A stretch of 64,000 nt of DNA, taken from positions 131,564,001 through 131,628,000 of the forward strand of contig NC_043000.1 in assembly GCF_006345805.1 (NCBI RefSeq), given 5' to 3'. Shown one piece after another: positions 26,565 to 40,190 of this stretch (its first letter is position 1; every line of letters starts with the position of its first letter). The notes under the pieces are model-generated. The model did not search any database, had not been told where the DNA came from, and saw nothing but the letters and a program-made list of their open reading frames with translations. This DNA comes from Octopus sinensis (Eukaryota). A program made the position numbers and the translations under genes.

Positions 26565-26602
26565 CATACATGCATACATACATACATATGTATATGTATA
26601 TA

Positions 26603-27596
26603 TATTGTTTGTTTGATGAACACAGTATATATTTTTATGAGCCATTAATAGTTTCATGCGATGAAAACGACCCAGAAAGCAATTTATAACACGTCTGGTG
26701 CCTTCATACAATCTTCAGGCTATGCCCATATGGTATATACAAGCTAAAACTGAATGATAGACTGAGAGAAAATACGAGAAAAAGCGAGAAGAAAGTAGAT
26801 GAAAACGGTGGGAGGTTGAAAAACCGGAAAACGAAAGGAAAGGGGAAAAAGAAACGAAAAGAGGGAATTAGAGTTATGTCCCCTTTTACCGTAAAACCAT
26901 AATAAGGCTGAATGGTTAAGGAGATCGAGTCTGCGACACAGCTGCTCAATTGGTATTTTTCAGTTCACCAAAAGGAACTTATCCATATGTTTACTTCCGC
27001 TGGAAATTTCAGATCTGGAATCAGCAGTGCGGTGAAGTTCTTAGATCTGAAAAGGATCTGCGATCTTTCAACTATGCATAGATTGCATTTGTTTAATCCA
27101 TTACCATATGGTGTGGACTCTGCAACTATTTTCCAGTTGATTGTATGTGGTACGGCGTTAGATTTCAAACCCTATATGTGGTAATCCAACTTAGTGGGCT
27201 TTATCTTTGTCTCTGTGTCAGAATGATGATATGTGGTTAGCATAGCGATTGTTGAAGGTGACTTCAAAAATCATTGAGCCTTATTATGGTTTATCAGTTA
27301 AAGTGGACATAACTGTAATTATCTCCCCACCCACTTTTTTATTCTACCATTTTCTTTTTCAATTTTCCTTTTGTGTTCCGGTGTTTTCAACCTTTCACCT
27401 TTTACATCTGCTTTCGTCTGGCTTCTTCTCGTATATTATCTTAATCTATCGTCCTATTTTAGCTTGTATATGCCATATGAGCATAGCTTGAAGATTGCAT
27501 GAAGGCACTAGACATGTTATAAAATGCTGTCTAAGTTGTTTTGCACGGAACTATTACTAGTTCATCAGAATATATACTGTGTTCATTAAACAATAT
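26603..27596 (-). mobile_element. Penelope-like relic: GIY-YIG C-terminal fragment between ~320-bp inverted repeats
   Basis: 26603-26916 is an approximate reverse complement of 27269-27596. The middle encodes TFNNRYANHISSF...HTINWKIVAESTPYGNGLNKCNLCIVERSQIL. Confidence 0.75.
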
Positions 27597-27653
27597 TTGT
27601 CTCACAACTGATGGAATACTTTTTGTTAATCTTACCTTCCCGGAACAGTATAA

Positions 27654-27687
<34 letters not shown>

Positions 27688-27844
27688 CGCGCGCGTGTGT
27701 GTGTGTGTACTATATACAAACGAGTAATATAAATACGTACTTAAGTACATACGTACGTGCATACAAATATCTACGCACTAACACAGATCGATACCAATAT
27801 ACATCTATACATCCATATATACATACATACATACATAGGAAAAC

Positions 27845-27920
<76 letters not shown>

Positions 27921-28039
27921 TAGTAAAAAGGGAAAAAACTACAGAAGGCTTGTTTTAAAAGGTTAAAAAATATATATTTGAGTCAATATGTCTGAAGAAT
28001 ATTATAAATTTTTTTCTTACAATGACATAGTTTAGAAGA

Positions 28040-29170
28040 AAGACCGGTTTCGCGTTTAGCTTTTCAAATTTCTTACGTCGTTATGTTTATGTTGAGAAGA
28101 GTTATCGTTATGTTTATGTTCAAAAGAGTTCTAGATAAGGGGAGGTAATAAGTGATCTATAGATAGATAGATAGATAGATACGCGTGAGAGAATATGGCC
28201 ATCAGAACAAAGAAGAGGGTAGTGGCAGTTCGGATAGGAGAAACACAAATTATCAGTTAGTTATGGCGAGAAGTAGGTAGGTTAAATGTCGGGATCAAAT
28301 GTAGCATATAGATCTGAAGAATACTTTTCTAATGATTTGAGTTACTTTCTGACTACACATTCGGCATGCCTTTCGTTTTCCCGTGTATGGCGCTGCAAAT
28401 TTCATTATGTTTCATTGTAATGTGTATTGGGTGTTTTGGTTTTTAAGTTGCTAGATGTATTCAACTAGTGAAATAGAGTGAGCTAATTTAGAGTTTTGAA
28501 CGAGTGAATATGTCTGTAGAAGCGTTTCTTAAAATTATTGGTAATCACTTGACATCTGCAAAATGATTTTTTAGCGAGATACTTTCTTTTCGAAAGCATT
28601 TGAATGTATTTTTAGAATTATAAGTTTTAGTGACGGAGGCTCCTTAAGTAGTAATGTTGGATATATTAGTGTTTGATATTCGTTTGGAGTAAACTGAAGA
28701 AATACTTGTGGGAGATGTCAAAGAATGATTGTAGTTTGAGCGGTCAGTTGGGTTGAATGATGGTCAGTTTGCAGGGATAGATGAGCGATTGGGGACGTAC
28801 GGTACTGAGGGAATTTAGAGATTGACCATTAGGTATTGGAGAATGTACAACTTTTGTATTTTTTTAGTTTAAATTTATTATTTCCAGCAATGGTGTCAGC
28901 AAGACTGGAGGTGGTAGGGTACGATAGCTTAACGGTATATTTATTGAATATTTGGTAATATTTGTGTTGCGGAAGAAACGTAGCTTTAAGGAGAGAGAAA
29001 AAATTTCAAGTAGGTAAATTTTAACCTGGAGATTATGTGGAGGATTATACCAGGTAACTTCCGTATTTCTATTTTCTTTTCTCGTAGAGCGCCGTTAGAA
29101 GTGTAGGTCGTGTTATTACTAATAGTATTTGTAGTAGTATTAAACCTTGAAAAATTAGAATTAACCAAAT
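28040..29170 (-). mobile_element. Penelope-like element 3' fragment (linker plus GIY-YIG) with a decayed hammerhead-like motif at 28041-28067
   Basis: VTWYNPPHNLQVK, FLPQHKYYQIFNKYTVKLSY, TNNFKKRFYRHIHSF and EYI*QLKNQNTQYTLQ*NIMKFAAPYTGKRKACRMC; then TTGAAAA-GC-TAAAC-GC-GAAA-CCGG-TC. Confidence 0.75.
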
Positions 29171-30403
29171 CTATATAAGCTTATTTTGTGGGTCTAGATC
29201 CAAAAATCTACATGCTGGTCTATCTACACTTTCACAGGGTGGAGTCCCAGTGTGCTCTCCCTAATAAAATTACATTTCATTTTTGAGGCACCGATGAAGC
29301 TTTAGAGTGATACACAAGAAGTCGATTATGAGAAAAAGCAAAAGAAACGGACACGCTTTCTCCAAACCCAACCTATGAGTGGCACAGTGGAGATTTGCAA
29401 GACATTCCAAAAATTTTCCATCTGAGATTCTTATGGAATAGATTCACACACTTGTGTTAATGCATTGACAGTTAAACTAACGTAACAATACAACCACATA
29501 TTTACAAACATCGAGAACATTCTTAACTCAAAAAGTCTTGTCGCTTTGTTAGCAACTAGCTTGAACTCTCTCAAGAAGGACTTGAATAAAACTTAAAGAA
29601 AAATCATACATACATACATACATACATACGTACGTACATACATACACACACACATACATACATACATACATACACACATACATACACACATACATACATA
29701 CATACATACATACATACATACATACATACATACATACATACATACATGCATGCATGCATGCATGCATGCATGCATACATACATACATACATACATACATA
29801 CATACATACATACATACATACATACATACATACATGATGGAAGTCAATACTTAAACTTAATAATTCCGTACAAACGTTCAGAGTCCAAGACGTTCCTGGA
29901 CGTGAATTTGTTTTTCGCTGACAAAGTGTTGCACTGCTCTGAGCCCATTTTTTTTAGCGCAATCACCTATAAAACCACTGTGACGACTAACAATCAACTA
30001 CACTTCAGGGTTTTTTTAATACGGGTTTACCTTCTCCTAGAATGAAGTTCGAACGAGAACAACAAATTCTTCCTTCTCAGTGGTTCAAACGCTAGTTAGT
30101 CCATAACTGGGACCCTAACAGGTGCTATTACTCCAGATCAGAATGGATCTAAGAACAATACTGGCTAAAAGATAGTTTCACACTCTTCAAAACTCTGGAA
30201 CCTTCTACCAGGGCCCCACTAACGGATGAAGTTTAAAGTCATTCCCAAGATTTCATACATACCTACCTACCTACATGCATACATACATACATACATACAT
30301 ACATACATACATACATACATACATGCATGCATACATGCATGCATACATACATGCATGCATACATGCATACATACATACATACATACATACATACATACAT
30401 ACA

Positions 30404-30830
30404 TACTCTTTTTACTCTTTTACTCTTTTACTTATTTCAGTCATTTGACAGTGGCGATGCTGGAGCACGGCATTTAGTCGAGCAAATCGACCCCAGGGCT
30501 TATTCTTTGTAAGTCTAGTACTTATTCTATCGATCTCTTTTGCCGAAACGCTAAGTTACGGGGACGTAAACACACCAGCATCGGTTGTCAAGCAATGTTG
30601 TGGGGACAAACACAAGCACACAAGCATATATACACACATACATACATACATATATTTATATATATATATACATACATATATTCGACGGGCTTCCTTCAGT
30701 TTCCGTCTACCAAATCCACTCACAAGGCTTTGGTCGGCCCGAGGCTATAGTAGAAGACACTTGCCAAGGTGCCACGCAGTGGGACTGAACCCGGAACCAT
30801 GTGGTTGGTAAGCAAGCTACTCACCACACA
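30404..30830 (-). mobile_element. SINE family A, full length
   Basis: Reverse complement of 10530-10925. Confidence 0.9.
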
Positions 30831-32004
30831 TCCAATGTAAGCATATATGTATGCATAGCTTTCGCAGATATATATCAGCCAAGAATGCTACCATCGCCGA
30901 GAAAATCGCAAAATCGTTGCTCTTCGAATGAAGTTCTTGGTAATATTTGCTCTGCACCGAGTTACACACACTCTCTTGTTACTCTCGTTGTCAGTTAATG
31001 AGTGAGTCAGGGAGTGGTCCGTTATAAATCTGTAACCAACGATGCTATTATTCATTGATTATGATATGAGATTAAAATAAATAAATAATATTTGTTTCAC
31101 CAAGTGAGCAATACAACAGCCGTCAGCTTGAATATTCAGTATATGGCCTGTTTTAGTAATTGATTACACCCACTAACATTTATAGGATACTCAATCGACT
31201 GCAATTGATTAAATTCTGCCTTCATATTTTAGGTCAATAAACACGCTATATCCAAGCTTATCTCATCGCTTATTCCATTTTCCAATTTGTATTTCTGTTG
31301 CTGTTGTGAATACGTTGTTTATAGGAAGATAGTTGAAGAGGCAATAACCGAAAATTTGAGTATGATGTTACATGTTTTAATGAGCAGCAATGAAAATGAA
31401 TTATAAGCAAATGATCTTCGACAACAATTGAAACTGAATTATAAGCAAATGATCTTCGACAACAATTGAAACAGAAATAATTAGTGGAATTATTGATTTG
31501 AACTTTCAACAAACATTGTAGTATATATAAGTGTTTGTACTCTTAATTTGGAAATAAAAGTTCCTGGTTCAGATACAGTCCGTTACTATGTACACTTCTA
31601 GGGATAAAAGACGCTTAAGGACGATTGGGGATCAAACAAACTTCTAAAGATACCTATAAATATTGGTGTATAATATTGGCTTAAGGCTACATATTGTTGG
31701 GGGAGTTAATTGTTTATCAGCTCTTGTATATAATTGGTACTTTATTTTATTGAGCCTGATAGGATGAAAAGTTCACCTCGATGAGATTTGAACTCAGAAC
31801 ACAAATATCTCAAGGACTTTTTCCGAAGTTCTAACAATTTTATCGATCCACTACCTTTGGTGATTTCTTTTATTTATGAAAAACACAATATAGGTGTAAA
31901 TATGATATGATGTTTCATCTGTGAAGATGAGATAAATAGCCTGAATCATTATAAGTTTATTCATATTAAGTTATTGTAATTCTTTTGGAATATTTTGTAT
32001 TTCT

Positions 32005-32340
32005 TAAGGGTTTCCTTCAGTTTCCGTCTACCAAATCCACTCACAAGGCTTTGGTAGGCCCGAGGCTATAGTAGAAGACACTTGCCCAAGGTGCCACGCA
32101 GTGGGACTGAACCCGGAACCATGTGGTTGGTAAGCAGTAGAATTTTTACCGGGTCGGACAAAATGCCTAGCGGTCTTTTCTTCCGATTTCAAGTTCTGAA
32201 TCCAAATTCCACCGAGGTCGATTTTGCCTTTCATCTTTTCGGAGTCGATAAAATAAGTACTAATTGAGAACTAGGGTTAATGTAATCGACTTACCCAACT
32301 GCCAGAAATTGTTGACCTTGTGCCAAAATTTGAAAGCAAT
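32005..32340. mobile_element. Family A head (minus, 32005-32135) next to a family B fragment (plus, ~32180-32340)
   Basis: CTTCAGTTTCCGTCTACCAAATCC...TTGGTAAGC, then CCGAGGTCGATTTTGCCTTTCATC. Confidence 0.75.
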
Positions 32341-35300
32341 ATTTCTTTTGGTTTTCAGTTTATTAGTTTGAATTTTTTGTTAATTGGTTTGAGAATTGAG
32401 ATTTAAAAGCTTTCTTGTCAATGATGCCATCTGTTGCGAACCATTTTCTCAGGATAATTTCTTACTTTTTGTTTTTAATATGCTACTGCTTATTTTCCAA
32501 AATTACAGAGAAGCTATTGGAATAAGGATAGTTAAAACAAAAAAGGAGTAGAGATATAAAAGAATAGATTTTCTATGCTTATTTATTCTACACTTTAAAT
32601 GTAGGAAATTGAAGATACAACCGGACACCGAACTATAGGTTTTAATGTATCTAATATGACACTTTATTATCTTAGATTCAAATAAAACTCGAATCGACTA
32701 TGTCTTTCATTATTAGAAACAGTAGCGTGGATTCGAATGATTATGTATTCTTAGCAATTTAGCGAAAACCGTTGGCTCAAAACAAATCAATATTTGCTAT
32801 AATGAATTTTCAGTTGACCTTTTAGTGAAAAACATTTAAAGTTTTTCGATTTCCTGCTGCAAATTTCGCCAACAACGAAAGGAAAACGTTTCGAAATTAT
32901 TATGACTTTGTAAATATTTAGTGCCAGATTGTGAAATGGAGTCGAGTGTCAAATGTTAACCGGATCAAATACAGATCTTTTGAGTTAGGAGTGATTAATT
33001 TGCATTCATTTAGTGACGCTGGAAATTACTCTTGGATGAATGAATCTATTAGTCATTTTACCATTGTCGTGCTGTAATTTTTCACAGTTGTGTAAGATTT
33101 ATTGTAGTATACTTGTGAGCGATGTAGGGGTGGTATTAGAATGTGTGCTGCCCGCGACAGCCCTTGAGTTTGCCGCCATCGGACCCTCGGGTCCCTGAGC
33201 CTATACAGGTTTGCATATGTAAATAGTATATGTAAGGAATAGTTCAGATACCTATACTTTTAATAATATCTCATCTTAAACATTTAACAGGAACTGTTAG
33301 TTTTTGACTATTTTGTCGGGAAGCCACACACACACACACACACATTACATGAACCGACATTCAAAGAAATAGGAAGATAATCTTATTTACATTTTTTTTT
33401 TACATTTAAACTGGAGAAGAGTGCGGAATCCTCAATACTTCAGCAGCGCATTGCCACATAAAGTACCACCTCAAATTATTGGATTACCAGAAAAATCCTT
33501 TTCTGCAACTTAGCTTAAGCTCTTCGCTCCCTATGGAGTATAACCCGCGACGACTGTTCTTTACTGTTCTTTACTCTAGGCTGTCTCCCTAGGAAGAAGG
33601 CCTTTCTCTCTTAAGGTAAGGTTGGTTTTGAACTGTCGTCGATATTTCTATAACGTTGCAGTTTTCTAGGCATGGACGTTGCCCCTAAGCACTCCCAGAG
33701 GCAGTCGATGTTAGTCTGGCCTCTACCCTTTGACCTGTCCAAGGGAAATTCCGTTAGGAACTTGAACTTTGCTGACATAGATCTGAGGCTCATTGAGGCG
33801 CACAAGTTCCGACATCATACCACAATGACAGACCTTGAGGTGAAATTCTCTTACTGTCACGGTATAAAAGTCATTTCACCCGGAACTTCAACTGTCTTTG
33901 CATGATGCTTCCATTGTTACCATTCAAAAAGTTATGTGATTTACGGTGACGCTTACACCACTTTGCATCCTTATCCCGCGTGTAACATTCTGAAATGCTG
34001 CTGTCAGCGAAAGTGTCGGTAATAGTAGCAGCCAAGACCAATGAGCCTCATGAAACAAATCGAAAAAGGTCGTACCCTCCGCTGTCCAATTAGGTGGGTA
34101 TTAGATCGCCAATATGTATGCAGAAACTAAGGATTGCTTGATTATTGCTTATATCAGTGTGAGGTGTATCATCCAGCTCTGAAAAGGCACGACAGCGCAT
34201 GATATCTTTTTAGATCATTCCCTTGACCACACTGATACTTTAATGCATTATGTATTTAGATCAAACTCACATGAGCAAGGTTGGCTAACTCGGAAAGCAA
34301 AGTTGTCTAACCTAATATCAGTCCAGGATATTGTGAGGTAATCAGGCACCGTTCACATGATTCGCATGCGGCAACTATTCATATGAGAGTTGATTTTAGG
34401 CGTCTCCAAACAAGCATATCTTTCAACAGCTGTCTCATATATGTGGATTTATGTATCTATAAAGGTCGTATGCATATTTGTGCATCTAATAATAAATGGT
34501 AACAAACACATACATACACACATGTGCACGCATACGTGTACACACACATACACACGCACATTTGGCCCCTAACAGATAAAGCCGTGAGAACGTTGGGTCA
34601 GTTGCCCTAGCGGGGTTTTGTCCAGATCTCATAAATTAATTGTGACTTTCTCTCCTGTAACTTGTTTTCCTAGCCAAAATTGTGACTTTATTACTGTGAC
34701 TTTTTCCCTGTGGCTTTATTACCGGTCACCATAGATTCATCCCACCAACCTCGAAAGACCAGAAAAAATAATGGCTGACGTGCACTGCTCTTCTCTCCTT
34801 GACTAAGTGATAAAGAAAAAAGTTCAAATACCGTCGAGGTCAACTTTGCCTTTCATCCATCCAGAGTCGATGAAAGAAAGTATCAGACGGTTTAATCGAT
34901 TGCCGATCTGCGCTAACATTCATTGAGCCGGTATGGTACAGATGAGTCCAAATCCTCGCCCAGCTGTAGGGGATCCGACAACAAATGAAGTGAGGTACTG
35001 GCTGGAATACACCGCCATCTTGTAACACCTTGTATGCATGCCAACACACGCGCGCGCAAACACACACTCACAAACACACACACACAAACAACACACACAC
35101 ATACACACATTCTCTCATACGCATTTTCTATTATTTTTATACATGTATATATTTTCTCTAAAAGTGGACCAATTAAAAAAGATAAGGAAGAAGAAGCTAT
35201 CTACAATGATACATAATTAGATAACTTAAGACAATATGCTTATCGAATGAAACAAAAATAGGAACTACCAACGTAGAAAAGAAACGCAATAAAGTTCTCT

Positions 35301-35730
35301 GTCAGTACGAAGGTTGGGCAGTTACAAAATGTCAGTATTAAAAACAGCAGTATACTTGACAAATCAACATGACATATTCAAGTTCAAACATGTCTCACAC
35401 GTGATCCCTTTCTGCCAGGAGACAAAATAAATGCAATTTTAAACTAACTAAATATCGAAAGACATTTTGCAAGTACACAAATACACCGCTCTCAGAACAC
35501 ACACCCTTATGTACTCGCTGTGAGAATTAATCTAATCTAATTTATAGTTTTCTTATATATCATAGATTATTAGTAGAAATATTTCAGATAAAAATGTTTG
35601 TTTTTCTTTTGACTTATCCTGTAACTAGATGTCATATCTGTGATTTAGACTTGTGCTGTCTCGTAGATCCGAGTTCATTGACCTTTGCTGGTGTTATGAG
35701 ATTATTGAGTTTGAAGAAGTGGTTGATATT

Positions 35731-36394
35731 GGATCTTTTCACTTTGACCGGCAGATTTAAAAAATAATTTCTTTGTAACTAAACACTTTTAAACTTCGTA
35801 TACTGGTAGAATATGTTACATAAAACATCTTTTTCTCTTGGCTTTCTTGAGAAAACTCTGTAGTTTGTAAGCTATTTGTTGTTAAATTTCTTGCATTTCA
35901 GCAATTTCAACCAATCAATGATGTCTATTGAGATGAATACAATTTCTGCTGTTGTTTGTCAACAACAACTTCCTGCGGTCTCTATTTAGTTTGTCACCGT
36001 TATTTATGACATATTTCATATCAGTCACATTCGTATGAATAAAAGATTGTGGGGTTAGGGTTTGGGGTGGGGGGAAGGGTTTCTTTTTTTCTTCAGAAAT
36101 GTAAATAAACCCACGTAGGTTTATAAGTCACAGCTGCACCGCCGGAACTTCTTGTTGAACTTGTTGGCAAACAACAGCAGAAATTGTATTCACCTCAATA
36201 GACGTCATTGATTGGTTGAAATTGCCGAAATGCAAGAAATTTAACAACAAATAGCTTACAAACTACAGAATTTTCTCAAGAAGCCAAGAGAAAATGATGT
36301 TTTATCTAACACATTCTACCAGTATACGAAGTTTAAAAGCGTTTAGTTACAAAGAAATTATTTTTTAAATCCGCCGGTCAAAGTGAAAAGATCC
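35731..36394. mobile_element. MITE/foldback element, 664 bp, ~250-bp TIRs starting GGATCTTTTCACTTTGACCGG
   Basis: 35731-~35979 is an approximate reverse complement of ~36140-36394. A solo arm of the same family lies at 59443-59690. Confidence 0.85.
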
Positions 36395-37079
36395 TTGGTA
36401 TTAATTGTAAGTTGACGAGTGAAAGGGGGAAAAAGATGGGCCGAAAGGGAATTCCAGCTGGCTGACCTTCTAGAGAGGGTTGGAAAGGGACACAGAGTGA
36501 GAGGTAACAAGTGAAGGAGAAAAGAATGTGTTGGGTGAGATTGAGTAGAGGTCATATGCAATTAACAAGAAACTGGAGGAACTGAGGCCGCTATAGAAGC
36601 GGTAGGGGATGAGATAATGTGTCAATGAATAAGAGGTTTAAGTTTATTGGTGGATGAGATTTGGGGAACCAGTTAGATGACGTTCTCTTGAATACGTCTT
36701 AAGACGTTTCTGTGTTGCAGCAGCATCATGTTAGATATGAAATAGGGGAAGCATTATTTGAGAATTGTAGAAACTTCAGAATGAGATTCACAAGAAGATA
36801 ACGGACAATCAAAGGATGAATGGATTGGACGCATAGAACGAGGATTTGAAATAGGAGATTCTTATGCCAGATTTATTAAAATGCCTTAATATCAACTACA
36901 ACAGCATTGTTTCTGAAAGTTTCTCGAAATTTCCAAAAGGCATAAACCACATCAAAAATTGATAGCTGTTTATTTAACAACTTGGCGTTTCTTGATTATA
37001 AACATTTTTCAAAGAATTCATCGGCCTCATTTGCTTTAGAAATGTTTGGAGAATGTTGGTTGTGACATTCTTAGAATAA

Positions 37080-37471
37080 TCTTTATATATAAAAGTCAAG
37101 TTGTGTGTCTGTCTCCTGCGATTTAGATTCCTAACTACTCCCACATTTTGCGGTGCAGTTTAACCAAAACTGGGTATCTTATAGTCGTGATTCATATCGA
37201 GCCCTTCTGGGTATTAGCGCGCGTCTACGATGAGTCTACGATTAAAAAAAAAATTACCATCATTTTTTTCCATTTTAATGCATTTTTTCGCTATTATATA
37301 AGGGAAGTAACTCTCTAAAAATGTCTACGATGAGTCAACGATTTAAAAAAAAATTTACCATCATTTTTTTTCATTTTTAATGCATTTATTGCTATTTTTG
37401 GCTATAACTCTAAAAATGCTTATATAGTTATTTCCCTTACAAACCCGAGCAACGCCGGGCGATACTGCTAG
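37080..37471 (+). mobile_element. Non-autonomous Helitron (392 bp)
   Basis: 5' TC (A|TCTTTATATATAAAAG); 3' hairpin CCCGAGCAACGCCGGG (37444-37459), then CTAG|T; inserted between A and T with no TSD; internal ~65-bp duplication. Confidence 0.8.
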
Positions 37472-38423
37472 TTATAATTAAAAATCAAAGTAGAATCTTT
37501 GATACGGTTTACCCAGATCCAGAACTTACTTTCTATTCTCCAAATGAAGTGAGAAAAGTTACACCAACATTTTATTTTCATCAGTCCTTAACTGCAGAAC
37601 ATAAAAAATGGGACGAATTTAAAGAATTGTTTTTCATGTCAAAATAAAGGTAGAAGCTAAAAATAAATTGATAATAAGCAACAATGAAGATATTAATAAA
37701 TAACAAGATAACGAAAATATTACAATGGTGACAGATTGCAAAAAGTTATTGATGTGTTTTCTTCCAAATATGGTCATTGACTGTAATGATTAGATTGCTG
37801 AATATACATATCAATAAATCTATTGCGTCAGATAAGAATAAAGATTATAAAACTGAAGATAACAATTTTTTTGGAGACCACTTCGAGTAAACAAGGTTAT
37901 TTTACAGGTCAAACCTGTGTCCTAATGAATGTTGCTCCGTGTTCGATCCCACAACGTGATACTTGAGGCAAGTGTAATTTGTCATAAACTTGGGTCACCC
38001 AAAAGCGGATGACCAAAAATTGGGTAAAAAAACAAATCTTTACAAATAGAAAAGATTTTGAAAACAAAAAGTGGTGGATTTAATTCCTTTAAAGCCCCTT
38101 TACTTTCTGAGATCATGTCCCAATTAGGCTCTCTTTGCCTTTCAATATTTCATTGTCGATGTTCCAGTCAAGTGTTGAAGTCGATCACTAGTCTTGTGCC
38201 AGCGAAAGAAACTATTGTTATTGTCATTTTTCGGGTGGTGGGATGGTTCAAAGAGTAATATGCCAAAGAAAATTGTATTTACATCTCATTGTTGTGATGC
38301 TATGATCAAGACGTGAGTTCTTATCACATGAAATAAAGCTGACAAGCGATGTTCAATTAGAAATACCCGCTTAAACTTATACTTGATTATTTGAATGCAA
38401 AGCAATTTTCTCCCAACACTGAC

Positions 38424-38837
38424 ACTCTCTTTACTCTTTTACTCTTTTACTTGTTTCAGTCATCTGACTGCGGCCATGCTGGAGCACCGTCTTTAATCGA
38501 GCAACTCGACCCCGGGACTTATTCTTTGTAAGCCCAGTACTTATTCTATCGGTCTCTTTTGCCGAACCGCTAAGTGACGGGGACATAAACACACCAGCAT
38601 CGGTTGTCAAGCAATGTTAGGGGGACAAATACAGACACACAAACATGCATGCACACACACATATATATATACATATATACGACGGGCTTCTTTCAGTTTC
38701 CGTCTACCAAATCCACTCACAAGGCTTTGGTCGGCCCGAGGCTATAGTAGAAGACACTTGCCCAAGGTGTGCCACGCAGTGGGATTGAACCCGGAACCAT
38801 CTGGTTGGTAAGCAAGCTACTTACCACACAGCCACTC
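38424..38837 (-). mobile_element. SINE family A, full length
   Basis: Reverse complement of 10530-10925. Confidence 0.9.
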
Positions 38838-39048
38838 ACATTTACTTAGTAATTCTTTTAACTCCTTTCCAGCAAGTACTGTGAAGGTTATGCTTCTCTG
38901 ATGCTGTAGGAATTATACCGAAACACGTTTAAAACTGTTTCCCCGCACTTGCCAGATGTATAATAATACTAGGTATTGATTAATATTGGTTTCCTTGTTT
39001 TAAGCATCCCACTTCAATTATACTAATAAAAACATCCTTTCATTTCCT

Positions 39049-39110
<62 letters not shown>

Positions 39111-39124
39111 CACAGTTTTTAAAA

Positions 39125-40190
39125 AGGGGCACTATGGACATGATTTCTGCGAGACACGACTGTCAAAAACGTATGGAGCAGCAGGTATCTCCATATCGGA
39201 ACAGTTTTAACTTAACAAAAACCTTTGACTCCGTTAAATGAGAGCCCTAATGTAAAATTCTTCGGAAGACGGAATAGCCACCAAAAGTTACGAGTACATT
39301 TAAGAAACCATATCGTAATATGAATACTCACGTTACATTTAGAGAGGAAACTTGTTGATGAAAGTATTATATGCAATGAAGCTAATCAGGTAGATATCAC
39401 AATCTCTGTGTTATTTTCAGTATACTCAGGTAAGTTTCTTACGCTGCTGAGTAATGCAATGTTAGTATCCACCCCAAAGAATCTGAAGAGATTCAACTGT
39501 AAGTCTAGGACATCCAAGCTCTGATTTGAAAAGTGCTTTATGTAGATACCGCTGATTTGTTGTACATGCAGAAAATGGCATGACACTTATAATGGATAGC
39601 TTTTTTCAGTTGCATGTATAACATTTGTCCCCACATTAATGTTGAAGGAGATAATGTTAATATTCATTTTGCACTGGATGAGCTTCATATTGTATGGATG
39701 GACACTTTTTTTTATATCTTGAGATACCTTACCAAGAGATGGGTCCCTCGATTATGAAATTCACTCACGAATTCCAAAGGCTTGTACGGTCGTTGGCAAG
39801 TTGGAAAATAACATGAGGTCAGATCGTAGCATCTCCATTCGAAACAAAATCAGTATCTATATGATATGCATGTGTTAATGCATTCATACTTTATTTGTCC
39901 GAAATACGGACAACTTACAGATGACACCTCAAGATGCCAGAGATATTTTCTCCGGAAATATCTGAACAGCGTACTCAAAAATCAAGCGATAAACTTTAGC
40001 ACCAGACCCTAAGGTGCAGCAATGAAATGACTATCTCACTCAAAATCAAAGAACTGAATCACAGCCCCATCACTAGTCAAAAACACTCGGCAGCAAATTG
40101 AGCGAATGAATAACGAATAACTTCGAAAGCAAATTTTCTACGGTGAATTGGATATTAAAAATCTCCTGACAAAGTAAGCCAAAAAATATA
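39125..40190 (+). mobile_element. Old, degenerate RTE-clade LINE RT fragment
   Basis: RGTMDMIS.R...KRMEQ...FNLTKTFDSV and SKACTVVGKL...RSISIRNKISIY, aligning by eye to the RT of 52251-53558. Confidence 0.65.

Noticed and set aside
27545-27570. CTGATGA-ACTA-GTAA-TAGT in the PLE inverted arm as a hammerhead
   Set aside because: GAAA does not follow stem II in either arm.
31397-31472. Perfect 38-bp tandem duplication (also a ~40-bp one at ~6380-6465)
   Set aside because: Ordinary local slippage with no structural or coding signal.
33540-33840. Possible RTE-type 5' UTR fragment on the minus strand
   Set aside because: Based only on a vaguely recalled motif (GTCAAAGGGTAGAGGCCAGACTAA); no second copy or ORF in the window supports it.
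34600-34730. Mutator-like subterminal repeats (TGTGACTTT x3 ending GGTCACC)
   Set aside because: Only one end is visible; no matching TIR or TSD.
37530-37591. Minus-strand segment with a strong acceptor (TTCTGCAG) and donor (GTAAGT)
   Set aside because: Stop codons in all three frames; could only be a non-coding exon, with no other support.
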